Source of the DNA: an uncultured archaeon
GTDB taxonomy: Archaea > Asgardarchaeota > Thorarchaeia > Thorarchaeales > Thorarchaeaceae
Length of the DNA: 16,750 nt
Reading direction: 5' to 3'
Assembly: GCA_964590575.1 (NCBI GenBank)
Contig: CAZPWM010000070.1
Location: forward strand, 1-16,750
A model generated the notes under the pieces. That model saw nothing but the letters and a program-made list of their open reading frames with translations, was not told the origin of the DNA and made no database searches. Shown one piece after another: positions 7,954 to 15,914 of the stretch. The number at the start of each line of letters is the position of its first letter. Positions within the stretch are counted from its first letter, which is position 1. A program made the translations under genes and the position numbers.

Positions 7954-8943
7954 ATGATTACCTTGGTCGAGAGAGTGCGCTTATCAATTGGGACAGCGAT
8001 TCAAATTGGGATAGAATCAGGAGGAAAAGTCCCCAACTTCACAACTGCTTTCTTCATGACTTACAGAGTAGGAGGATGTGAGGCGAACTGCGCATTCTGT
8101 CCTCAAGCTCAAGAGAGCACTTCTGCGTCAGATAGGCTCTCGCGGCTTTCTTGGCCTGAATACAATCTTAGCGAGGTGATTGAGAAATGGCCTCCTCCAG
8201 GTCAGTTCAGACGTATCTGTATTCAGACAATCTGCTATCCTGATGTAGTTCAGGATGTTGTGGACATTGTTAGTGAAATTCGTAAGGTTTCAAAATTACC
8301 AATCTCAGTCGCTATTCATCCAATCTCAACCAATGATATGGTCAAGTTGAAAGAAGTCGGGGTATCAAACATTGGGATTGCACTTGACGCAAGCACACCA
8401 GAAATCTTTGAAGAAATCAAAGGAGTAAAGCGGGGAGCAGATTATCGATGGGAAACTCATATACGAGGCCTCGACGATGCACTGAAGATTTTCGGAAAGG
8501 GACAAGTAACTACGCATCTTATAGTTGGCTTGGGAGAAACTGAGAAAGAAGCTGCACAGTTCGTCATCAAAATGTATGAGAGGGGAATTAATGTGGGACT
8601 ATTCGCCTTTACAAACATTAAAGGCACGTCACTAGAAAATCAATCCCCTCCAGATCTTTCCTCGTATCGAAGGATACAGGTAGTGCGGCAATTGGTTTCA
8701 CAAGGTCTTCTATCTTCAGACCAGATACAGGAAACTGAAGACGGACAAATATCAATCGTCATAGATGAAGAAGTACTTCGAGAAGCCTTATCATCTGGAG
8801 CGGCATTTCAAGTGACAGGATGTAAAGATTGCAATCGACCTTTCTACAATGAGAGACCTCGAGGTCCAATGTACAATTATCCCCGACCTTTGTCTGAAGA
8901 GGAAATATTGCGAGCTATAGAAGATACAAACCTGGTGGCGTGA
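7954..8943 (+). CDS. lipS2: Radical SAM protein, archaeal-type lipoyl synthase subunit LipS2 (biotin synthase-related)
   Basis: CEANCAFC (CX3CX2C), THLIVGLGETE, and C-terminal VTGCKDCNRPFYNERP resembling the LipS2 TxGCPxC(N/D)RP motif. Adjacent to lipoate ligase genes. Confidence 0.8.
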   Translation: MITLVERVRLSIGTAIQIGIESGGKVPNFTTAFFMTYRVGGCEANCAFCPQAQESTSASDRLSRLSWPEYNLSEVIEKWPPPGQFRRICIQTICYPDVVQDVVDIVSEIRKVSKLPISVAIHPISTNDMVKLKEVGVSNIGIALDASTPEIFEEIKGVKRGADYRWETHIRGLDDALKIFGKGQVTTHLIVGLGETEKEAAQFVIKMYERGINVGLFAFTNIKGTSLENQSPPDLSSYRRIQVVRQLVSQGLLSSDQIQETEDGQISIVIDEEVLREALSSGAAFQVTGCKDCNRPFYNERPRGPMYNYPRPLSEEEILRAIEDTNLVA

Positions 8944-9711
8944 ATGGAAGAGTTTCGATTCATAGACTTGGAGGAACATACCGCATTTGAGAATATGGCT
9001 ATTGACGAAGCAATAATGCTAGCAATACAAGAGGATAAGGCTCCACAAACACTCCGACTCTATCGTTGGAATCCTTCTGCTGTTTCTATTGGAACTTTCC
9101 AAGGCATGATGGATGAAGTGGATGTTGATTTCTGTGAATCGATTGGAATTGACTTCATTCGTCGAATAACAGGAGGCGGTGCAGTCTACCACGATTATGA
9201 AGGAGAAGTTACCTATAGCATCATTATGCCAAAGGATCATAGATTAGCACCCAATGACATTCTAGAATCGTACCGACTATTATGCGGAGGGATAGTCAAG
9301 GCTCTTGAACACTTGGGTATCGAAGGTGAATTCAAACCAATCAACGATGTTGATGTTGGGGGAAGGAAGGTCTCTGGGAATGCGATGACAAGACGTCATG
9401 GTTGTGTTCTTCAACATGGAACCATCTTGCTAGATTTGGATGTCAACCTGATGTTTACTATTTTGAAAGTGTCTCAGGAGAAGATTTCGGATAAGATGAT
9501 TGCTGATGTTAAAGAGCGAGTCACCTCGATACGTGACATTCTTGGTCGGGATGTACAGATTAGTGAGCTGAAGGATGCATTACAACTTGGATTTTCTGAA
9601 GCCTTGGATATCAAATTAATCCCTAGTAAACTGAGTACGGAGGAGCAGAATACATCAAAAAGATTGGCATTGGAAAAGTACTCCTCCCACGAATGGAACT
9701 TCTCGAGGTGA
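8944..9711 (+). CDS. lplA: Lipoate-protein ligase catalytic (N) subunit
   Basis: NMAIDEA, TLRLYRW, RRITGGGAVYHD, GRKVSGNA (catalytic Lys) and LQHGTIL. The C-terminal accessory domain is missing. Confidence 0.9.
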   Translation: MEEFRFIDLEEHTAFENMAIDEAIMLAIQEDKAPQTLRLYRWNPSAVSIGTFQGMMDEVDVDFCESIGIDFIRRITGGGAVYHDYEGEVTYSIIMPKDHRLAPNDILESYRLLCGGIVKALEHLGIEGEFKPINDVDVGGRKVSGNAMTRRHGCVLQHGTILLDLDVNLMFTILKVSQEKISDKMIADVKERVTSIRDILGRDVQISELKDALQLGFSEALDIKLIPSKLSTEEQNTSKRLALEKYSSHEWNFSR

Positions 9712-9716
9712 AAGTT

Positions 9717-9992
9717 GTGCGCGAATCCAGTTACAAGATTCCTGGTGGAAAGCTTGTGAAGGTCAAACTAAGGACTGCTTCTGGAAGGATTTCTGAAGTC
9801 AGAATTCTTGGTGATTTCTTCCTCCATCCAGAGGAAACCCTACAGAAAATTGAAAAATCTCTCATAGGAATTCCCATTGAAGAAACCACCCTCGAGAAGA
9901 TGATTACTCAGGTATTGTTAGAATTTGATGCAACACTAATTGGAGCAACAGCGGCAGATATTGCAAAGGCAATCATGCTGGCAGCAGAATGA
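9717..9992 (+). CDS. lplB: Lipoate-protein ligase accessory (C) subunit
   Basis: KIPGGKLVKV...ISEVRILGDFFLHPEETLQKIEKSLIG is the Lip_prot_lig_C pattern. Start placed at GTG 9717, 5 nt after GAGGTGA (alternatives are 9708 and 9693). Confidence 0.85.
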   Translation: MRESSYKIPGGKLVKVKLRTASGRISEVRILGDFFLHPEETLQKIEKSLIGIPIEETTLEKMITQVLLEFDATLIGATAADIAKAIMLAAE

Positions 9993-10520
9993 TCACATGA
10001 CTGATTCGATGGAGATTATCAAGCGCCTCCGACCAACATCAGTGATATTTTCTACCCTGATATTGGACTTTTCTAGTTTCATCTCGAACTTGTCTTCAAT
10101 ACCAAGATACACCTGTTGAAGTTTTTCAATAGGAGGCTCAGGAACTAAATCCTTGGGACTTTGTGGTTGTATTGCAATCACTCTATCACTTAAGCCTTGA
10201 ATATTCCATATCGTATTCACAATATTGTCCGCCTTCATTCTGTCGGTCGGTGGCGTAACTGCAGCAATGAAGCTCTTTGCTAAATCCTTCCCAAATGGAC
10301 TTACAGTCATTGGACTTCCAATCCAATCTCTATCAAGAAGTAAGATTCCAGAGTGCACCTTCTGGAATCGGTCTATCTTCATTTTGACATCGATGAACTC
10401 CTGGAAACCACCTGGTTTGAGATGTATCTCTTGCATTCCATCTATCATGGGTTTCCTTCCTGCCTCGGTAAAGTTGAAGAACGAAAATAGATTGGTCTTT
10501 TTGAGCTCATCGTAACTCAT
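9993..10520 (-). CDS. Hypothetical protein (soluble, about 175 aa)
   Basis: Protein-like ORF. AGGAGGT at 10530-10536 abuts ATG 10529, so ATG 10520 (9-nt spacing) is the preferred start. Its stop directly abuts the lplB stop (TGATCA). Confidence 0.75.
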   Translation of the reverse strand: MSYDELKKTNLFSFFNFTEAGRKPMIDGMQEIHLKPGGFQEFIDVKMKIDRFQKVHSGILLLDRDWIGSPMTVSPFGKDLAKSFIAAVTPPTDRMKADNIVNTIWNIQGLSDRVIAIQPQSPKDLVPEPPIEKLQQVYLGIEDKFEMKLEKSNIRVENITDVGRRRLIISIESVM

Positions 10521-10589
10521 CAAGAACATACCTCCTGATGAGCTATACTATATGAAACTAAACCACATTAGCCTTTCTCTGTTTGAAGT

Positions 10590-11540
10590 CTAGTCCCTTA
10601 AGTTGTTCATTCGTTTCGTTTGGAGATACTGGACTGCTCCCACGCTTATGGCTAGAAGAATCAAACCAACCCAATCAAGAGGTTGTGGAAACTCTCCGAG
10701 AAAGATGATTGAGAGGATTACAATCTGCGGCATCATCGTGCTATTGATGAGTGTCATGTCAATGGCTCTCAGAACTCGCATCGCTCTATTCCAAAGGGTG
10801 AAAGCTAACGCAGTATTAACTACAGCAAGCCATAGAATATAGATCCAAGATGTCAATGATAGTGGAGATAGTGGTTCACTGATAAGTCCAAATATCATGA
10901 GAAAGAAAGAGCCGATAGACATCATAATCCCCGTGACAATCAGTGAAGGTGTATCTCGAGCACGATTTATTGCCCGACCAATGAGAGCTGACGCTGAGTT
11001 TGCTAGAAGACTTACAACACCAATCAAGAGTCCTACTATAGACACCCCGACAAAATCCAATGGGTAGAAGTAGAGAAACACTCCAAATATTCCTGCAATA
11101 ACAAGAACTGATTCTATTCTCGATGGTTTTTCGCCTAACCATGGTATTGCTGCCAGAAGAACAATGATAGGAGTCAAATTTAGCAGTAGTGAGAATGTAA
11201 TTGCTGGAAGATAGAATAATCCTAGAAACTGCGTTCCCTGAGTTGCAGCGATGTATATGCACCCATAGAGAATGAGCATTCCCCACCACCTTCTTGATCT
11301 CCCTTTAAGTGATGAACGCATTTCTGTTTGCGCTAAAATCAAAGCAAGAAGAATCAACGAAGCGATTGAATACCTCAAACCGGCGAATGTCAATGGGGGG
11401 ATATCTTCCAAACCAAACTTGATGACAACAAATGATGAGGACCAGAGCACAGTAACAAACAATGCTTGAATCACTGCTATCATTTGAGTTCGTCTAGAAT
11501 CCTTCAAACTACTTTCGACCTCATCAGCCAAGTCAATCAT
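10590..11540 (-). CDS. DMT/EamA family transporter
   Basis: About 10 TM helices. LWSSSFVVIKFGLEDIPPLTFAGLR, PWLGEK, TALAFTLWNRA and IFLGE give a duplicated EamA repeat. Confidence 0.92.
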   Translation of the reverse strand: MIDLADEVESSLKDSRRTQMIAVIQALFVTVLWSSSFVVIKFGLEDIPPLTFAGLRYSIASLILLALILAQTEMRSSLKGRSRRWWGMLILYGCIYIAATQGTQFLGLFYLPAITFSLLLNLTPIIVLLAAIPWLGEKPSRIESVLVIAGIFGVFLYFYPLDFVGVSIVGLLIGVVSLLANSASALIGRAINRARDTPSLIVTGIMMSIGSFFLMIFGLISEPLSPLSLTSWIYILWLAVVNTALAFTLWNRAMRVLRAIDMTLINSTMMPQIVILSIIFLGEFPQPLDWVGLILLAISVGAVQYLQTKRMNNLRD

Positions 11541-11575
11541 TCTCCGACGATAGTAGATAGACTAAAGAAGGAATA

Positions 11576-11608
11576 GGTGTTATGCCGTCATACGACGGGT
11601 GTTTATAA
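11576..11608. promoter_or_regulatory. Putative operator and TATA in the divergent EamA/HTH_10 intergenic region
   Basis: Palindrome CCGTC-atac-GACGG (11585-11598) flanked by the direct repeat GGTGTT(T)AT, with TTTATAA at 11602-11608. Confidence 0.45.
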
Positions 11609-11609
11609 G

Positions 11610-12251
11610 ATGATAGAGGCAAAGCTGGAGATTAGTGCTGAAGGTTACTATTCATGTGATCTCACGAGAAAGATTCCTGTACGAGTTAATCTTGTTTCTA
11701 TAAACGGACCCCTTGGATTTGGTATCATTCAAAGCTTGACCGGAAAAGAAAAGCCACTCTCAGATTATGTGAAGGCATTGAGGAAGTCATCAAGTATTGT
11801 TGAAGTCCGAATCACACATGAAACTCCAACTCAATATTGGACTGAGGTGATTCATCAGTTAAAGAATAAATCAATTCATGAAACCATACTGGAGAGTGGC
11901 AGTATGTCTAAACTTCCAATAGTCATTGAAAGGGGTGTACAAATTCATCACCTTTTAGCTCCAGACCAAAATGCCTTCAGATCAGCATTTGATAAACTTC
12001 GTTCAAGGTTTTCAAAGGTGCGGGTCCTAAAAATCAGCCGCTCACCGGAGGGGTCTCTTGGACCAAATATGACTTCAAAGCAAATGGATGCAATGAAGTT
12101 GGCAATAGCAAAGGGCTATTATGACATTCCTCGAAAAATTGAGATCAAAGATATTGCAAAGGATTTGAAGATCAAACGTGTAGCAATGCAAGAGCGACTG
12201 CGTCGTGCTGAGAAAACAATAATCCACCAATTCGCTGAAGAATATCTCTAG
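11610..12251 (+). CDS. HTH_10 (bacterio-opsin activator-type) transcriptional regulator
   Basis: C-terminal MTSKQMDAMKLAIAKGYYDIPRKIEIKDIAKDLKIKRVAMQERLRRAE is the HTH_10 signature. ATG 11610 is preferred over GTG 11577. Confidence 0.9.
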   Translation: MIEAKLEISAEGYYSCDLTRKIPVRVNLVSINGPLGFGIIQSLTGKEKPLSDYVKALRKSSSIVEVRITHETPTQYWTEVIHQLKNKSIHETILESGSMSKLPIVIERGVQIHHLLAPDQNAFRSAFDKLRSRFSKVRVLKISRSPEGSLGPNMTSKQMDAMKLAIAKGYYDIPRKIEIKDIAKDLKIKRVAMQERLRRAEKTIIHQFAEEYL

Positions 12252-12302
12252 GATTCTAGGATAACAGTGATAAAGCAACGTATCACATGTACAACGATTA
12301 CA

Positions 12303-12779
12303 ATGGTAGATCCAAATTACTTGCAGGATAAGAAAGTCCAGAAGATTGATTCTGATATCAAACTTTTCGAAACCGATCTTCAAAGGAAAAAGATGGAACT
12401 TGAGGGTCTGGACTCTCGCTTAGATACAGAGATTGAGAGTTTTCGAGCAAAAGCCAAATCAAAACGAGATGCGTTTGAAGCGCTACGAGGACGGCTTCGA
12501 GAAACAGAACGAGACTGGAAAAGTGCGGATAAGGAATTCCAGGAAGCCAAGAAACGAAAAGACAAGACACGCTCCAATCTCCAAAAAGAAGTAAATACTC
12601 TTCGAACGAGAATTCGTAATGCAGAAACAACTAAGGAAAAACGGTTTCGCGAGTTAGACAATGAGAAGAAGAAAATTGTTGAGAAAGCAAAACAGGAAAA
12701 AGGTCGAGAGATGGACAAGGAGAAAGCAAGGGAAGTAGATAAGGTAGAGGGTGAAAAAAGGAAAGAACTGGGTCTATAG
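12303..12779 (+). CDS. Highly charged coiled-coil protein (158 aa)
   Basis: K/E/R/D-dominated heptad sequence with almost no Pro or Gly. ATG 12303 is preferred over GTG 12267. Confidence 0.75.
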   Translation: MVDPNYLQDKKVQKIDSDIKLFETDLQRKKMELEGLDSRLDTEIESFRAKAKSKRDAFEALRGRLRETERDWKSADKEFQEAKKRKDKTRSNLQKEVNTLRTRIRNAETTKEKRFRELDNEKKKIVEKAKQEKGREMDKEKAREVDKVEGEKRKELGL

Positions 12780-12807
12780 TTCTGAAATTCTTCGAGGGGC
12801 TTGATAA

Positions 12808-13803
12808 ATGAACGCATATTTCACAATAGTCCTTCTTGGTTTTGTGTTGTTCTTCATTGTATGGGGGCTTGGTTGGTTGCTAGAGAGTCTCTCGCACATC
12901 ATGCTTCGAACAACGCAAGACCCTGGTTCACGCTCATGGTATATGCTCGTAGGACCAGGCGTCGCATTACATGAGTCATCTCATGCACTTGGATGCGTCT
13001 TCACAAGAACCGAGATTGTCGAGTTCAAACCTATCAATGTAGAAAAGAAAAAAGATGAAGTAATTCTGGGCTATGTCAAATATATTAAACCAAACAGTCG
13101 TTTCAAGAATGCTGTCATCAATCTAGCGCCAGTAGCTGTTTCTCTCGTATTACTAATCCTATTTGCGTTCGGAGCTACTTATCTTGTGCCAGATAGACCA
13201 GAGCTTGGAACGAATGCTCTGGACCTACTGAATAATTTAATCAATGTGAAATTAACTCCCGCACAACTAGCGGATTGGATGTATCCCTTGAATGCAATCG
13301 GGAGTTTTGTATATAGTTTCCTTTACACCTTTGCTCAGCTCACAGTCATTAACCCCATATTTTGGATTATTGCTTTCTTGGCAATGACAATCATGTTTTC
13401 TAATGCACCTTCTAGCGTGGATATTGCCAATGCGTCAGCAGGACTTAAGGCAATACTCATCTTCAATCTCATTTGGTTGATTATTGCATATTTCCTTCCA
13501 GTTGCAGGATGGTTACTATTCGGTCTTTACGAAGCACTAGCTGTTTTATTCTCGTTAGCACTTGCATTTGCTGCAGTCGGATACGGATTCTTCATCCTAG
13601 TCGCTGCAATGTCAAAACTGAAGTCGCCTTATCAGATTCTGCCATTTCTGGGATGCATTCTGACGGGAATTGCATTCTATATGATGGGACCAGCCTATGA
13701 AACCATAGTTTCTCTAGCGATGCAAACAGTGATCTCAATCGGAGTCTTCGTAGTCATTGCGCTACCAATGTTGATGATGAAATCCCTGAGAAAACCAGTG
13801 TAA
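12808..13803 (+). CDS. Integral membrane zinc metalloprotease (M50/M50B-like, HExxH)
   Basis: GPGVALHESSHALGC, LGYV, INLAP, a downstream NAPSSVD candidate third ligand, and many TM helices. Confidence 0.75.
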   Translation: MNAYFTIVLLGFVLFFIVWGLGWLLESLSHIMLRTTQDPGSRSWYMLVGPGVALHESSHALGCVFTRTEIVEFKPINVEKKKDEVILGYVKYIKPNSRFKNAVINLAPVAVSLVLLILFAFGATYLVPDRPELGTNALDLLNNLINVKLTPAQLADWMYPLNAIGSFVYSFLYTFAQLTVINPIFWIIAFLAMTIMFSNAPSSVDIANASAGLKAILIFNLIWLIIAYFLPVAGWLLFGLYEALAVLFSLALAFAAVGYGFFILVAAMSKLKSPYQILPFLGCILTGIAFYMMGPAYETIVSLAMQTVISIGVFVVIALPMLMMKSLRKPV

Positions 13804-13851
13804 TACCTAGTGTCTTATTTGAACAAGAGGGTCATTCTTCAGGGTCTGACC

Positions 13852-14199
13852 ATGGCGAAGATAGACCTAATTCGAAGACCATCACTCATTAGTCCAAGAC
13901 ATCTCTTACGTTATGTCTTCTTCACTGAGATGCAGGTCGAGCAAGCTTCAAAAATTCTCAACACAATAATGAGCAAGGATGGGGTAGTCAAAGACTCAGA
14001 CTGGAATGTGTTTGTACTATCAAGTAGAGGACTCTATGTCAAGGTGATGCGCAAGCTCCGCGACGTAGGTCTCGTCGAGAAGAGAATGGGGGAGTTTCGT
14101 CTTGCTGAAGACTTTTCAAGAGCCATGACAAAGCTTTCAGATTACTGGTCTCAAATTATAAAGTCATATGGTGAGGGAGACCGATCTATCGAGTTCTGA
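13852..14199 (+). CDS. Small winged-helix-like protein
   Basis: SRGLYVKVMRKLRDVGLVEKRMGEFRL is a recognition helix plus wing, followed by an amphipathic helix. ATG 13852 is preferred over GTG 13810. Confidence 0.7.
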   Translation: MAKIDLIRRPSLISPRHLLRYVFFTEMQVEQASKILNTIMSKDGVVKDSDWNVFVLSSRGLYVKVMRKLRDVGLVEKRMGEFRLAEDFSRAMTKLSDYWSQIIKSYGEGDRSIEF

Positions 14200-14219
14200 T
14201 TAGTATTTCGAGTTCTGTT

Positions 14220-15800
14220 CTATTTGTCTACTTTAACCTCGCCTTCTTTGACGTCCATTTTTTTGAGAGTCGATTTTACGGTTTCGCCTTTAATTTCAAG
14301 AACACCGAGTTTGTCAAGTTCTCTTGCCCATTTCGTTGCCTGTCCTTTCGGAACTCCTAATGATTTTGCTAATTCAGTAAAGTTGATAGAGCCAACCTCA
14401 TCGACAAGCAGTAGGACCTTAGTATTACCTTCCATTCCGAGGACCTTAATGTATCTCTGCGTTCGTTCATTGGAAAGGTCTTTTTGTTGCAGAGCCATAT
14501 CTCGTTCCTTTTCCATCAAGCGAGTGGCTTTTTCGAAGGCGTCCTTCTGCAGCTCTAAGATCTTGATCTGTTCATCGGAATCCTTTTTGTTTCGTTCGAG
14601 GTTATGGATCTTTTCATCCATCTTTTTGATTTCTTCGATACGATGTTGAAGACTATCAAGCTCCGCGAGTCTCTCTGCGGCTTCCTTCTCAGCTCCAGCT
14701 TTTCCACCTTGAAGGTCCTCAATCTGAGTTTCTAATTGCTTAATGATAGCAGCTGTGGCATCGCCTTCCTTACGTTTATCCTCGAGTGTTGATTCGAGTA
14801 ATTCTATCTTAGAAGCCAAGGCTTCAATCTCAGCCTCCGTCTTCTCGGAATGTGGTTTTGCTAGTGCAGCTTCTTCCTTGTAAACTTCGATTTCACTCAT
14901 CGCTTCGCCAAGTTTGTGAGTCAATTCCTCTACTTCTTTCCGGGCTTCCTCAGTGTTCTGAGTCCGTTTCTCCACCAGAGCATCCTTTAAGAGCAGGTCG
15001 TCTTTGAGGTCCTTGACTTCCTCTTCCAATGCTGTGATACGCCGCTCATACTCGTCTTTGGCTATTCCCACTGCTTTTCCGGTATCCACCCTTGATTGAA
15101 GACTTCTTACCTCCAATTCGAGTTTTGTTACCTCAGCCTGTTTCTCAGCTAATTCAGTTCTTTGTGCAACCGTTTCCTCTTCTAGACTGGTCATGAATGA
15201 TCTTACAATGTCTTGCTGCTCTACAATCGTTCTTCGTAGATCAACTTCTGATTCTCTAACTCGAAGGGCAAATTCCTTGAATCGTTCCTGAGTTTGCTCA
15301 ACAATTTTGTCAACTAGCTCCTTTTCAAGGGCTGCAAACTCTGAATCAACAATATCAACAAACATTGACTCAATAAATTGTTTGTAAAACTTCATTCTGA
15401 GGCGTTCTACCATTTCTTCAGATATTCGAGTTTTCAGGTCTACAACATTTCCTCTGAAAGTTAGAAGCTGTGCAGCGAAAACACCAACTACACCTCGTTG
15501 CAGAGAGGATATATCTGCTCTCAATGTTTCTAGCTTTTTCAGGAGAGCGTCAAATCCAGCGACAGCATCTTCATCCCCGGTCAGTTCGCGAGGAGCTGAG
15601 GTTTCCAGATGCTCCACAAAATCTAGTGCAAGTGCTGCAGCAGAAATGAGATCTTCACCATCTTCCACCGGCATTATTGTCTCGCCAGATTCATCCACAC
15701 CTTCTGCTAACCTCTCAATTTCTGCATCTGAGAGAACTGCCCCTTTGAGAGCTTCATCCAGCGAGGCTTTTTCCTTGTCGGTGAGTTTTTTTCCGGACAT
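14220..15800 (-). CDS. Long coiled-coil protein with C-terminal winged-helix domain (526 aa)
   Basis: Acidic N-terminus, a helical domain, roughly 280 aa of heptad repeats, then KVLLLVDEVGSINFTELAKSLGVPKGQATKWARELDKLGVLEIKG (wHTH). ATG 15800 follows an AGGGG SD. No Walker A/B motif. Confidence 0.85.
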   Translation of the reverse strand: MSGKKLTDKEKASLDEALKGAVLSDAEIERLAEGVDESGETIMPVEDGEDLISAAALALDFVEHLETSAPRELTGDEDAVAGFDALLKKLETLRADISSLQRGVVGVFAAQLLTFRGNVVDLKTRISEEMVERLRMKFYKQFIESMFVDIVDSEFAALEKELVDKIVEQTQERFKEFALRVRESEVDLRRTIVEQQDIVRSFMTSLEEETVAQRTELAEKQAEVTKLELEVRSLQSRVDTGKAVGIAKDEYERRITALEEEVKDLKDDLLLKDALVEKRTQNTEEARKEVEELTHKLGEAMSEIEVYKEEAALAKPHSEKTEAEIEALASKIELLESTLEDKRKEGDATAAIIKQLETQIEDLQGGKAGAEKEAAERLAELDSLQHRIEEIKKMDEKIHNLERNKKDSDEQIKILELQKDAFEKATRLMEKERDMALQQKDLSNERTQRYIKVLGMEGNTKVLLLVDEVGSINFTELAKSLGVPKGQATKWARELDKLGVLEIKGETVKSTLKKMDVKEGEVKVDK

Positions 15801-15914
15801 AGTGTTTTCCCCTGCAACCAAGGTAGTTGTTAACAGCGCTTGGCTCTGTATAAGGTTTGCGAGAAATTATGCCTATTTGTACTTATACACTCCTATGACT
15901 ATATCCTTGATATA

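Noticed and set aside
7954-8943. Biotin synthase BioB or classical LipA
   Set aside because: It lacks the LipA N-terminal CX4CX5C and the BioB YNHNL motif. The C-terminal GCxxCNRP and lpl context indicate LipS2.
14220-15800. SMC/Rad50, ESCRT-III/CdvB or intermediate-filament assignment
   Set aside because: There is no Walker A/B, hinge or CxxC hook, and no recognisable Snf7 core. Coiled-coil similarity alone is non-specific.
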